Below are positions 1 to 6,645 of a stretch of DNA of 29,840 nt, in pieces (within the stretch, counting starts at the first letter, position 1; each line of letters opens with the position of its first letter). This DNA is from a virus. Both the position numbers and the translations under genes were made by a program. The notes beneath the pieces are model-generated. The model had not been told where the DNA came from and did not search any database. It was given only the letters and a program-made list of their open reading frames with translations. The stretch lies in the IMG/VR virus record IMGVR_UViG_3300017755_000056. One strand, 5' to 3'.

Positions 1-123
1 AAAATACATCATTTACCCTTACTGATGCTGATGCTTCAAGAAATGCAACAGGTGGGGAATATATCTATTACGCTGTTAAATGATGGATGACGGAATGAAA
101 ATATTTGGACTTTACTCGGCAAA
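1..123. repeat. Terminal direct repeat, left copy (identical to 29718..29840). Circular-assembly overlap or terminal redundancy.
   Basis: Read directly: aaaatacatcatttaccctt...ctttactcggcaaa occurs at both window ends. The match runs to the window edge, so its true extent is unknown. Bases 1..83 are the 3' end of the fibre gene (..YYAVK, TGA 81..83). Confidence 0.92.
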
Positions 124-238
124 CATATTTGCTTTAGCTTTTAGTGTGAGTGATATTAATGGATTCCTTCAAATGCTTGTAATGGGTGCAACTTTAACAT
201 TTACAATTATACAAATATATAAAGCATTAAAAAAATGA
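83..238 (+). CDS. Small hydrophobic protein, 51 aa (holin/antiholin-like candidate).
   Basis: Hand-read ORF below the track cutoff: [51 protein letters not shown]. Its ATG overlaps the fibre-gene TGA (TGATG) and its TGA overlaps the next ATG (ATGA). It has two hydrophobic stretches and heads the lysis cassette. Confidence 0.5.
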   Translation: MDDGMKIFGLYSANIFALAFSVSDINGFLQMLVMGATLTFTIIQIYKALKK

Positions 239-645
239 AGATGCCTACCAATGGAGTTGCTAAAGACATAAGGCACTACATAGGTGCTTTAGTTGTGTTT
301 TTTCTTGTAGTAGTTATTTTGTTTTACTTAACAAGATACAAGATTCCAAATGAAAATGCACAGATAGTAAATACTATTATAGGTATGATTGTAGCTTCAT
401 TAGCTATGGTTATAAGTTCAATAACAGGTCGTAATCCTGATGACCTTGAAGCTGCTAAGAAAAAAATTAGTAATTTAGAAATGAAAATAGAAATGTTAGT
501 AGCTTCTAAAGATATGCTTGAAGGCATGGTAATAAAACTACAAGACGATACAATAGACAGACTACTGCTAAACAACACACTTAATTATGATGACTGCAAA
601 AGCGGTAAGTGTGGATGTAAAAACGAATGTAGTAATGAATCTTAA
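235..645 (+). CDS. Membrane protein with two N-terminal TM segments, a coiled-coil and a Cys-rich C-terminus. Lysis accessory (holin/spanin-like candidate).
   Basis: Track ORF. Hydrophobic segments [19 protein letters not shown] and [20 protein letters not shown], a heptad-like [29 protein letters not shown], and a C-terminal [12 protein letters not shown]. Translationally coupled to both neighbours. Confidence 0.65.
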   Translation: MKMPTNGVAKDIRHYIGALVVFFLVVVILFYLTRYKIPNENAQIVNTIIGMIVASLAMVISSITGRNPDDLEAAKKKISNLEMKIEMLVASKDMLEGMVIKLQDDTIDRLLLNNTLNYDDCKSGKCGCKNECSNES

Positions 646-994
646 ACACTTTTCAATTAATGAATTTGATTCGCCCGACTTACCTAATAGTGGTCTTAAC
701 ATGGATAATGATTTTTTACAGATGCTCGACATTGCACGTGAAATTGCCAATATACCCTTTAAAATCAATTCAGGGTACCGAACAAAAGAACACAATAAAA
801 AGGTTGGAGGAAAATCGGATTCGAGCCATCTTGTGGGAAAAGCAGTCGACATCGCATATTCAAACTCAAGGGATAGATGGATTATTATTACAGCACTACA
901 AGAAGCAGGATTTAATAGACTTGGCATTGCAAAAACCTTCGTACATACAGATAATGACCAAACCAAATCCCCAGACGTTATCTGGACTTACTAG
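635..994 (+). CDS. Endolysin, peptidase M15 family (zinc D-Ala-D-Ala carboxypeptidase/L-Ala-D-Glu peptidase-like).
   Basis: Motifs [24 protein letters not shown] and FVHTD match the M15 H-x-D...H zinc-site pattern. Start set at ATG 635 ([11 protein letters not shown]), which overlaps the upstream stop. The track start at 587 lies inside the upstream ORF. Confidence 0.85.
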   Translation: MNLKHFSINEFDSPDLPNSGLNMDNDFLQMLDIAREIANIPFKINSGYRTKEHNKKVGGKSDSSHLVGKAVDIAYSNSRDRWIIITALQEAGFNRLGIAKTFVHTDNDQTKSPDVIWTY

Positions 995-1017
995 AACGGT
1001 AGGTAATACTTTAGTTG

Positions 1018-1431
1018 ATGTCAAATAAAAAGAAATTTAAAGATACAGCGGTAGGTTCTTTCTTACTTCAAAAGATACCAAAAGTTGTGAGTGCTATTGC
1101 ACAAGACACACCCGTAGGTAATGTTATAGAAGCAATTATTGGAGGTAGTGATATGTCCCAAGAAGATAAGGATATTGCACTGGAAAAACTACGTTTAGAA
1201 CGTGCGGAAATGGATGGTGTAACCCGTAGATGGGTTGCGGATAGTCGTAGCGGATGGCTCGCGCAAAACGTAAGACCGCTTACTTTATGTTTTTTTACAA
1301 TATCTTATATAATAGGTTGGTATTTAGATTATGATTTAACAACAATTACGGGATTAATGCAAGTTATTTTAGGGGGTTATTTTGGTAGTCGTGGTGTTGA
1401 AAAGGTGTTTGGTAATAAATTACATAAATGA
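1018..1431 (+). CDS. Holin-like protein, resembling the 3-TM GTA-type holin family.
   Basis: N-terminal amphipathic region, then SQEDKDIALEKLRLERAEM...SGWLAQNVRPLTLCFFTISYIIGWYL and a second hydrophobic segment LMQVILGGYFG. The W..RP motif and layout recall Pfam GTA_holin_3TM. ATG at 1018 is preferred to the TTG at 1015. Confidence 0.6.
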   Translation: MSNKKKFKDTAVGSFLLQKIPKVVSAIAQDTPVGNVIEAIIGGSDMSQEDKDIALEKLRLERAEMDGVTRRWVADSRSGWLAQNVRPLTLCFFTISYIIGWYLDYDLTTITGLMQVILGGYFGSRGVEKVFGNKLHK

Positions 1432-1489
1432 TTTGTCCACATTGCGTAGCGGTTTGTTTAGTTGGTTGTGTATTAATAACTAAAAAATT

Positions 1490-1627
1490 ATGGCAAAACA
1501 AATAATAGCTAATTATTACAAAAAGCCAAAAAAAAGGCGTAAAGGCATACACGCTAAAAGTAAAACAAGTATGCTAAAATCAAGTAAATTTTACAAAAAG
1601 AAATATAAAGGGCAAGGTAAAAAGTAG
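1490..1627 (+). CDS. Very basic 45-aa protein (Lys/Arg-rich).
   Basis: Hand-read ORF: MAKQIIANYYKKPKKRRKGIHAKSKTSMLKSSKFYKKKYKGQGKK, stop TAG 1625..1627. It has an A-rich upstream context like other starts here. It fills an otherwise empty 290-nt gap. Confidence 0.4.
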   Translation: MAKQIIANYYKKPKKRRKGIHAKSKTSMLKSSKFYKKKYKGQGKK

Positions 1628-1655
1628 GAGTTACTAACTAACACTTACAATTGTC

Positions 1656-1686
1656 AAAAAAAAACACTACCTTTGGTGGGTTAGTG
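1656..1686 (-). terminator. Hairpin followed by U9 when read on the minus strand (antisense-oriented intrinsic-terminator-like element).
   Basis: Plus strand reads A9 (1656..1664), then cactacc-tttggtg-ggttagtg (5+2 bp stem with one bulge). On the minus strand this is a hairpin plus a T9 tract. No minus-strand gene is apparent. Confidence 0.3.
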
Positions 1687-1721
1687 GGATATAATGTTTA
1701 ACTATTAATAATTATTTTACT

Positions 1722-1964
1722 ATGAATGAAGATTTAACTATAAGAAATTTAGCACAAAAAATTGCTAAAGATTTTGCACTAAGTATTAAAGAACGGACCG
1801 ATTTATTACTTGAACTAGATGCAAATCAATATACTAATTTAGGTATTGATTCTACAAAAACCGAAAAAACTAAGGTTAAGTCTGATAGTAAATTTTTGTA
1901 TAAGCAAATAAAAGGTATAGATGAACGTACGGGTAAAATGCTATTAAATCACATGGACGTATAA
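1722..1964 (+). CDS. Hypothetical protein, 80 aa.
   Basis: Track ORF with no overlap with other + ORFs. No motif recognised. Confidence 0.6.
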   Translation: MNEDLTIRNLAQKIAKDFALSIKERTDLLLELDANQYTNLGIDSTKTEKTKVKSDSKFLYKQIKGIDERTGKMLLNHMDV

Positions 1965-1968
1965 TTAA

Positions 1969-2361
1969 ATGCCTAAAACTGCAAAAAAACTAACACGTAG
2001 TAAATTAATTAAAAAGCTAGACGTAGTATTTAGTCAATATATAAGATTAAGTAATGCGGATAGTAAAGGTATGTGTATGTGTGTTACTTGCAATAAACAA
2101 TTTCATTGGAAAAACATACAAGCGGGTCATTTTATGTCACGTAAACACTATTCGACTAGGTGGAACGAAAACAATGTAAAACCACAGTGTGTTGGTTGCA
2201 ATATGTTTAAAAGCGGTGAGCAATATAAATATTCACTTTTTCTTGGTTCAGAACTTGCAAATGATTTATATTTGAAAAGTAAGGAATTAGTTAAGTTTTC
2301 AAGTCAAGATATACAGGATATGATTGACAATTATAATTCTAAACTAAAATTACTTATTTGA
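1969..2361 (+). CDS. ninG: NinG/Rap-like recombination-associated protein.
   Basis: CVTCNKQF...AGHFMSRKHYSTRWNENNVKPQCVGCNMFKSGEQYKY matches the lambda NinG-family pattern C..C...GH...R....N..QC..CN...G. It lies next to the Erf/SSB-like genes. Confidence 0.7.
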   Translation: MPKTAKKLTRSKLIKKLDVVFSQYIRLSNADSKGMCMCVTCNKQFHWKNIQAGHFMSRKHYSTRWNENNVKPQCVGCNMFKSGEQYKYSLFLGSELANDLYLKSKELVKFSSQDIQDMIDNYNSKLKLLI

Positions 2362-2385
2362 AGTTTTATTGTTTTATGTGTGTGA

Positions 2386-2411
2386 AGGGTGGTTTCGGCT
2401 ACCCTTTTTTT
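2386..2411 (+). terminator. Rho-independent terminator.
   Basis: agggtgg-tttcgg-ctaccct stem (7 bp including one G-U) followed by a T7 run, directly after the NinG-like gene. Confidence 0.75.
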
Positions 2412-2440
2412 GTTTAATATTTTTTTATTAACTTAGTTGC

Positions 2441-2560
2441 ATGAAACATAATACAATAGTAGAACTTCAAGGCGAGGTCTTGGAACTACAAGAGGAAAAT
2501 AGACAACTTAAAAATCAATTAAACATTCAAAACGGAATATATTATGTCAAAGACAGGTAG
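2441..2560 (+). CDS. Possible 39-aa coiled-coil peptide.
   Basis: Hand-read: MKHNTIVELQGEVLELQEENRQLKNQLNIQNGIYYVKDR. It overlaps the Erf start by 17 nt. Only length and position support it. Confidence 0.3.
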   Translation: MKHNTIVELQGEVLELQEENRQLKNQLNIQNGIYYVKDR

Positions 2561-3071
2561 TAACATTTATAACAAGCTCTTTAAATTACAGCAGGAAATA
2601 GGTGCAGTAAGCAAAGATGCTAATAACCCATTTTACAAATCAAAGTATTTTGATATAAATTCATTAATTAAACAACTAAACCCGTTATTAGCTAAACATA
2701 AATTATTATTAGTTCAACCTATAATGGATAATATGATTACAAGCAGAATTATTTGCATTGAAAATGGGGGTAGTGTTGATAGCAGTCTTACTTTACCAAA
2801 CATTAATGACCCACAAAAATTAGGGTCTGCTATTACTTACTATCGTAGATATACACTTGCAAGTTTATTAGGTTTACAAGCTATTGATGACGATGGAAAT
2901 TTAGCAAGTAACAAATCTACTATTCCAGATGATAAAAGATGGTTAAATCAAAACACACCTGAATACAACAAGGCTATTGAGTATTTAAAAGGGGGAGGAA
3001 ATTTAGAAAGTATACTATATAAATATAACGTTAATAAAAAAGTAGAACAAGAATTAAATAAAATAAATTAA
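2544..3071 (+). CDS. erf: Erf-family single-strand annealing protein (recombinase).
   Basis: NIYNKLFKLQQEIGAVSKDANNPFYKSKYFDINSLIKQLNPLLAKHKL and GSAITYYRRYTLASLLGLQAIDDDGN parallel P22 Erf (YARLAEIQ...FGKYKYRS...VKPLL; TSSYARKYCLNGLFGIDD). Confidence 0.85.
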   Translation: MSKTGSNIYNKLFKLQQEIGAVSKDANNPFYKSKYFDINSLIKQLNPLLAKHKLLLVQPIMDNMITSRIICIENGGSVDSSLTLPNINDPQKLGSAITYYRRYTLASLLGLQAIDDDGNLASNKSTIPDDKRWLNQNTPEYNKAIEYLKGGGNLESILYKYNVNKKVEQELNKIN

Positions 3072-3074
3072 GAT

Positions 3075-3404
3075 ATGGATTTACAAGGAACTATTAAACA
3101 CATTATTGACCCCGTAAAAGTAAGCGACAAGCTAACTAAACAGCAAATGGTATTGACGATTGACGAAGATACGAAATACCCGCAAAACATTGCAATAGAA
3201 TTTTTAAACGATAAAATAGATATACTTAAAAAGTTTAAGGTAAATGAAAAAGTATCGGTAGGTGTTAATTTAAGGGGTAATGAATACAACGGTAAATATT
3301 ATAATAATATAGTTGGTTGGAAAGTTGCACAAATATTAAACAATGAAGTAACGAACTTGCAACAAAACCCTGAAAGAGAAACAACGGTTGATTTACCATT
3401 TTAA
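3075..3404 (+). CDS. DUF3127-family protein (putative OB-fold ssDNA-binding protein).
   Basis: MDLQGTIKHII...KQQMVLTIDEDTKYPQNIAIEFLNDKIDILKKFKVNEKVSVGVNLRGNEYNGKYYNNIVGWKV matches the DUF3127 pattern (M.i.G.i....YPq.i.f.f...........G..v.v.f.l.gre..gr.fn.i.aWk). Position after Erf. The SSB role is inference. Confidence 0.75.
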   Translation: MDLQGTIKHIIDPVKVSDKLTKQQMVLTIDEDTKYPQNIAIEFLNDKIDILKKFKVNEKVSVGVNLRGNEYNGKYYNNIVGWKVAQILNNEVTNLQQNPERETTVDLPF

Positions 3405-3408
3405 TTAA

Positions 3409-3433
3409 GAGGGGGTTTCGGCCCCTTTTTTTT
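3409..3433 (+). terminator. Rho-independent terminator.
   Basis: gggg-tttcgg-cccc hairpin (extendable by A-U/G-U pairs) followed by a T8 run. It has the same GGTTTCGGC loop context as the terminator at 2386. Confidence 0.75.
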
Positions 3434-3439
3434 ATATTT

Positions 3440-3595
3440 ATGTCTTTAAAAAAACTAAAGGAGGGTGAAAAATTTCCTTCAGACTTTTGGAATTATAATA
3501 TAAATCCTATATTGGGTTATGAATATAAAGAAGAAATACGTAATATACCAAAAGAAAAAATTAAATACGAACTAAACATAAACGAAATTAGGTGA
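3440..3595 (+). CDS. Hypothetical 51-aa protein.
   Basis: Hand-read: MSLKKLKEGEKFPSDFWNYNINPILGYEYKEEIRNIPKEKIKYELNINEIR. Its TGA overlaps the GTG start of the helicase gene (GTGA), implying translational coupling. Confidence 0.45.
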   Translation: MSLKKLKEGEKFPSDFWNYNINPILGYEYKEEIRNIPKEKIKYELNINEIR

Positions 3596-4506
3596 TAGCA
3601 CAAAGCAATAAAATAAAAAACAGAATATTTGACATTAAACACGGTCGGGTAAAAGAAGGTTTAAAAATAGGAATTCCCGAAATAGACGAATATTTAAGAT
3701 TAAAATATAGTGAAGGAAGTTTAAATTTAGCGATTGGACATAGTAACGTAGGTAAGACTACCGTCTTAGTTTATTTGTTTACATTATGGGCAATAAAACA
3801 TAATCTTAGGTTTTTAATATTTAGTAGTGAAAACACACCGCAAAGTATTGTGCGTAAAATAATAGAATTTAAAATGGGTAAGCCAATACACACGGCAAGC
3901 GAAGATTTAATAACTAAATCAATTAGTTGGGCGGATAATCATTTTAAAATAATTGATGCTGACAAAATATATACTTATGTTGAATTATTAAAAGAAGCTA
4001 AAGCAATAAAAGACGCATGGGATTATCAAGGTTTACTTATAGACCCATATAATAGTTTAGCTAGGGATTCAAGATTGGCGAAACAATACAACGGTTACGA
4101 ATATAATTACTATTGCCTTACCGAACTTAGATTATTTTCAAGACAAGAAAAAATTGCAATATGGGTAAATTGTCACGGTGTAACGGATGCGATGCGTAAG
4201 GTGTATGCAAGTGGACATGATTACGAGGGAATGGTAAGACCTTTAAATATGTCAGATGTTGAAGGAGGTGGTGCGTTTGGTAACCGAGCCGACGATGTGG
4301 TTTGTATTCACAGGATGACAAGCCACCCAAATGAATGGATGTTTAGCCATATAAACGTATTAAAGATAAAAGAAACCGAAACGGGCGGTCGATGTACGCC
4401 TTACGAACAACCAATTAAATTACGAATGGCATTAAATAATGTTGGGTTTGAATTTATGGGTAAAGACATAATACATGAAAAACCTTTAGAAAAAATTAAA
4501 TTTTAA
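3592..4506 (+). CDS. DnaB C-terminal-domain-type (RecA-fold) replicative helicase.
   Basis: Walker A GHSNVGKTT, FSSENTPQSIVRKII (compare DnaB FSLEMS..QL..R), Walker B GLLIDPYNSL, and arginine-finger-like GGGAFGNRADDVVCIHR (compare SG.IEQDAD.V..L.R). GTG start. No DnaB N-terminal domain. Confidence 0.75.
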   Translation: MIAQSNKIKNRIFDIKHGRVKEGLKIGIPEIDEYLRLKYSEGSLNLAIGHSNVGKTTVLVYLFTLWAIKHNLRFLIFSSENTPQSIVRKIIEFKMGKPIHTASEDLITKSISWADNHFKIIDADKIYTYVELLKEAKAIKDAWDYQGLLIDPYNSLARDSRLAKQYNGYEYNYYCLTELRLFSRQEKIAIWVNCHGVTDAMRKVYASGHDYEGMVRPLNMSDVEGGGAFGNRADDVVCIHRMTSHPNEWMFSHINVLKIKETETGGRCTPYEQPIKLRMALNNVGFEFMGKDIIHEKPLEKIKF

Positions 4507-4766
4507 TGGACGCAACTTTATTCTTATCACACCCTATTATACAAATATTTACTATGCTCATGCTTTTAGGCTTTTTATTTGTTATAATAGGTTTATCGGT
4601 AAACGCTGAAATAATATTAAGCCCAATTAAAGGATTTATGGCGGGCGCCTTAGTACACAACGAAACATACATAAACGAAGAAAATGAGGAGGTAACAGAA
4701 TATACGTTACAATGTTTAATCTTTTTTATTAGCGTTAATGTATTGTGGGAGAAGCGGAGTGGTTAA
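4506..4766 (+). CDS. Small membrane protein, 86 aa.
   Basis: Track ORF. Hydrophobic IIQIFTMLMLLGFLFVIIGL and a second hydrophobic C-terminal stretch. TAATG overlap with the helicase stop. Confidence 0.55.
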   Translation: MDATLFLSHPIIQIFTMLMLLGFLFVIIGLSVNAEIILSPIKGFMAGALVHNETYINEENEEVTEYTLQCLIFFISVNVLWEKRSG

Positions 4767-5290
4767 GTAAGGTGGCTAAACGGCATAAAGAATGGGTACA
4801 AATTGTTCGTTCATTTGGCGAATATGATTATGCTGAAGATATAGTACAACAGATGTACGAGGTTTTATATAAGTATGCTAATGAAACAAAAATTATTAAT
4901 AATGGTGTTGTTAGTCGGGGGTATGTTTATTTTACTTTACGTAGTATTTTTTTACAATATTGTAACGCTAAAAATAAAGTCAAAAAGGTTAGACTTGATG
5001 ACGAAGAAGATTACACGCAAATTGCAGACGATTCGGAAATGGATGAACAAATAGGATACAATAAAATATCTACATTAATAGATGACCATATAGACAAATG
5101 GCGATGGTATGATAAAACACTTTTTAGATTGTATAGGGATACGGATATGAGTATTAGAAAAATAGCCGAAGAAACTAACATAAGTTGGGTAAGTATATTT
5201 AACACATTAAAAAAGTGTAAACAAGAATTAAAAGAATTATTTAAAGAAGATTACGAGGATTTTAAAAACAATGATTATGACAGAATTTAA
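4745..5290 (+). CDS. ECF/sigma-70-family-like RNA polymerase sigma factor.
   Basis: Region-2-like YAEDIVQQMYEVLYKY...YFTLRSIFLQYCN and region-4 HTH-like LFRLYRDTDMSIRKIAEETNISWVSIFNTLKKCKQELKELF. The start is uncertain: GTG 4745 (track) or GTG 4772 just after the upstream stop. Confidence 0.6.
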   Translation: MGEAEWLSKVAKRHKEWVQIVRSFGEYDYAEDIVQQMYEVLYKYANETKIINNGVVSRGYVYFTLRSIFLQYCNAKNKVKKVRLDDEEDYTQIADDSEMDEQIGYNKISTLIDDHIDKWRWYDKTLFRLYRDTDMSIRKIAEETNISWVSIFNTLKKCKQELKELFKEDYEDFKNNDYDRI

Positions 5291-5693
5291 AGGGGACAAA
5301 AGAAGCAAAGAGTATAAGGCATGGAAAAAGAATTATGATAAAGCAAGTAAAGGTGTCGGCGATACGGTTGAAAAAATAACCAAGGCAACGGGAATTAAAA
5401 AAGCGGTTAAGTTTTTAGCAGGTGAAGATTGCGGCTGTGACGAACGTAAAGACAAGCTGAATTACTTATTTCCTTACGAAAGACCTTTATGCTTAACGGA
5501 AAATGAATTTAATTATTTATCAAAAATATTTAAAAGTAAAAAGAATCAAATTACACCTATCGAACAAACCGAATTATTAGATATCTACAATAGGGTATTT
5601 AAAGACAAAAGGGAATTAACAAGTTGCGGGTCATGTTTTTTAAATGGAGTGTTTAAAAGGTTGGAACGTATTTATAAAGAATATAATGAATAA
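5271..5693 (+). CDS. Hypothetical protein with Cys motifs, 140 aa.
   Basis: Track ORF. GVGDTVEKITKATGIKKAVKFLAGEDCGCDERKDKLN is a motif I recall from small conserved marine-phage proteins of unknown function. Second Cys pair CGSC. Confidence 0.6.
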   Translation: MIMTEFKGDKRSKEYKAWKKNYDKASKGVGDTVEKITKATGIKKAVKFLAGEDCGCDERKDKLNYLFPYERPLCLTENEFNYLSKIFKSKKNQITPIEQTELLDIYNRVFKDKRELTSCGSCFLNGVFKRLERIYKEYNE

Positions 5694-6000
5694 AAAAACA
5701 CACAACTTAAAACATATAAACTACCTTAATAACTTTGACATAATAGCTAATACTTTGCTAAAATGGCAAAAGAAAAAGCAAACCGATGTTGTTAATGATT
5801 TAATGGGTACGCTTATAGATATTAATTATTACGTTACGGAAATATACACAAATGAATTATATTTTAATCATACGGTCAACGAATATCGTGCAGACAAACT
5901 TCGAGCAATCCAAAGAGCAATTAACGCTGAAAATAAGATTAAAGAACTAGAAAAAGAAATACTTAAATTAAAAAATAAAATAAAAGTTTATGGGGGATAG
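5686..6000 (+). CDS. Hypothetical protein with a C-terminal coiled-coil, 104 aa.
   Basis: Track ORF trimmed to ATG 5686 (MNKKTHNL), which overlaps the upstream stop (ATGAATAA). C-terminal AENKIKELEKEILKLKNKIK. Confidence 0.55.
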   Translation: MNKKTHNLKHINYLNNFDIIANTLLKWQKKKQTDVVNDLMGTLIDINYYVTEIYTNELYFNHTVNEYRADKLRAIQRAINAENKIKELEKEILKLKNKIKVYGG

Positions 6001-6178
6001 TGTAAGTAAATATTACGAAAATTTAGATAGATATACAACAACAACTACTAATATGAAAGAAAGTAAATTAATTAAAATGCAAAACGATTTAAAGATTGCA
6101 CAACAAGCTTTAGTGGTTGCATTAGACAAAATTGAAAAGCTGGAACAAAAAGTTTTTGCAAAAGAAGATGTTAATTAA
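5990..6178 (+). CDS. Hypothetical coiled-coil protein, 62 aa.
   Basis: Track ORF that overlaps the previous stop. No motif recognised. Confidence 0.5.
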   Translation: MGDSVSKYYENLDRYTTTTTNMKESKLIKMQNDLKIAQQALVVALDKIEKLEQKVFAKEDVN

Positions 6179-6217
6179 ATATTAATAAGTATATTCGTAA
6201 CATAAAACAATATATAT

Positions 6218-6385
6218 ATGCACAGTTACGAAGAGCTTTTTTATAAAAGTTACACAACACAAGAATTAATTAATATTTTATCTAATCCAAAACATTTAAA
6301 TTCATTTAGGGCAAGGTGTAAAATTGAGCTTGACCGGAGGCAAAATAATGAAGGAAATGAATCAACAGAAATTATTGGGATATGA
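6218..6385 (+). CDS. Hypothetical 55-aa protein.
   Basis: Hand-read: MHSYEELFYKSYTTQELINILSNPKHLNSFRARCKIELDRRQNNEGNESTEIIGI. ATGA overlap with the next gene. Confidence 0.45.
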   Translation: MHSYEELFYKSYTTQELINILSNPKHLNSFRARCKIELDRRQNNEGNESTEIIGI

Positions 6386-6645
6386 ATATTTTAGAAGAAG
6401 CAAATAAAATTATTAATTTTCGCGCGGAAGAAAAAGAAAGGCAGTATGGGAAATTTAATGATTCAATGGCTAAAGCTGCTAAAATTGCTACCGAGTTATG
6501 TAATAAAAAAATTACTCCAGAAGATTTTTATAAGTGTATGATTGCTTTAAAAATTAGTAGAATGGCCTACAATAAAAAAGAAGATACTTTTTTAGATGCA
6601 GTGGCATATATAGCTGCATTAAATAATTACAATAATGATAAGTAA
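6382..6645 (+). CDS. Small conserved phage protein (resembles the DUF6378-type family seen in nucleotide-metabolism clusters).
   Basis: EKERQYGKFNDSMAKAAKIA...ITPEDFYKCMIALKISRMAY...DTFLDAVAYIA fits the pattern R..YG...sf..ia....t..d....m..lK..R.....D...D..gY. The family assignment is from memory only. Confidence 0.45.
   Translation: MNILEEANKIINFRAEEKERQYGKFNDSMAKAAKIATELCNKKITPEDFYKCMIALKISRMAYNKKEDTFLDAVAYIAALNNYNNDK

Noticed and set aside
1-123. Interpreting the 123-bp end duplication as a biological direct terminal repeat with packaging significance.
   Set aside because: The repeat boundary coincides with the window edge and falls inside coding sequence. A circular-contig overlap is the more economical explanation. 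It is kept as a low-interest finding, to be tested with read data.
587-634. Track start codons that extend ORFs into upstream genes (587 for the endolysin, 5644 for ORF 5686, 26760 for ORF 26811, and the TTG starts at 1015, 11235 and 12761).
   Set aside because: In each case an ATG lies at or next to the upstream stop (ATGA/TAATG coupling). That gives a non-overlapping, motif-complete protein. The longer versions add implausible N-termini that overlap the previous gene.
568-966. 132-aa minus-strand ORF, plus the other minus-strand track ORFs (for example 324..578, 1364..1552, 3068..3289, 17767..18135, 19978..20277, 20877..21254, 25898..26167).
   Set aside because: All lie antisense to well-supported + strand genes and have low-complexity or odd composition (Ser/Leu/Phe/Cys-rich). 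None has a recognisable motif or its own intergenic context. The antisense ORFs in 17147..18697 are the expected mirror of a GCN/AAR-rich coiled-coil gene.
660-1028. 122-aa + strand ORF overlapping the endolysin in another frame. Similar cases are 21792..21974 (inside the capsid gene), 27570..27770 (inside the fibre gene) and 12061..12315 taken as an independent TTG-initiated gene.
   Set aside because: These are fully embedded in stronger ORFs with clear motifs. 12061..12315 is better explained as the -1 frameshift extension of 11573..12235 than as a separate TTG-start gene.
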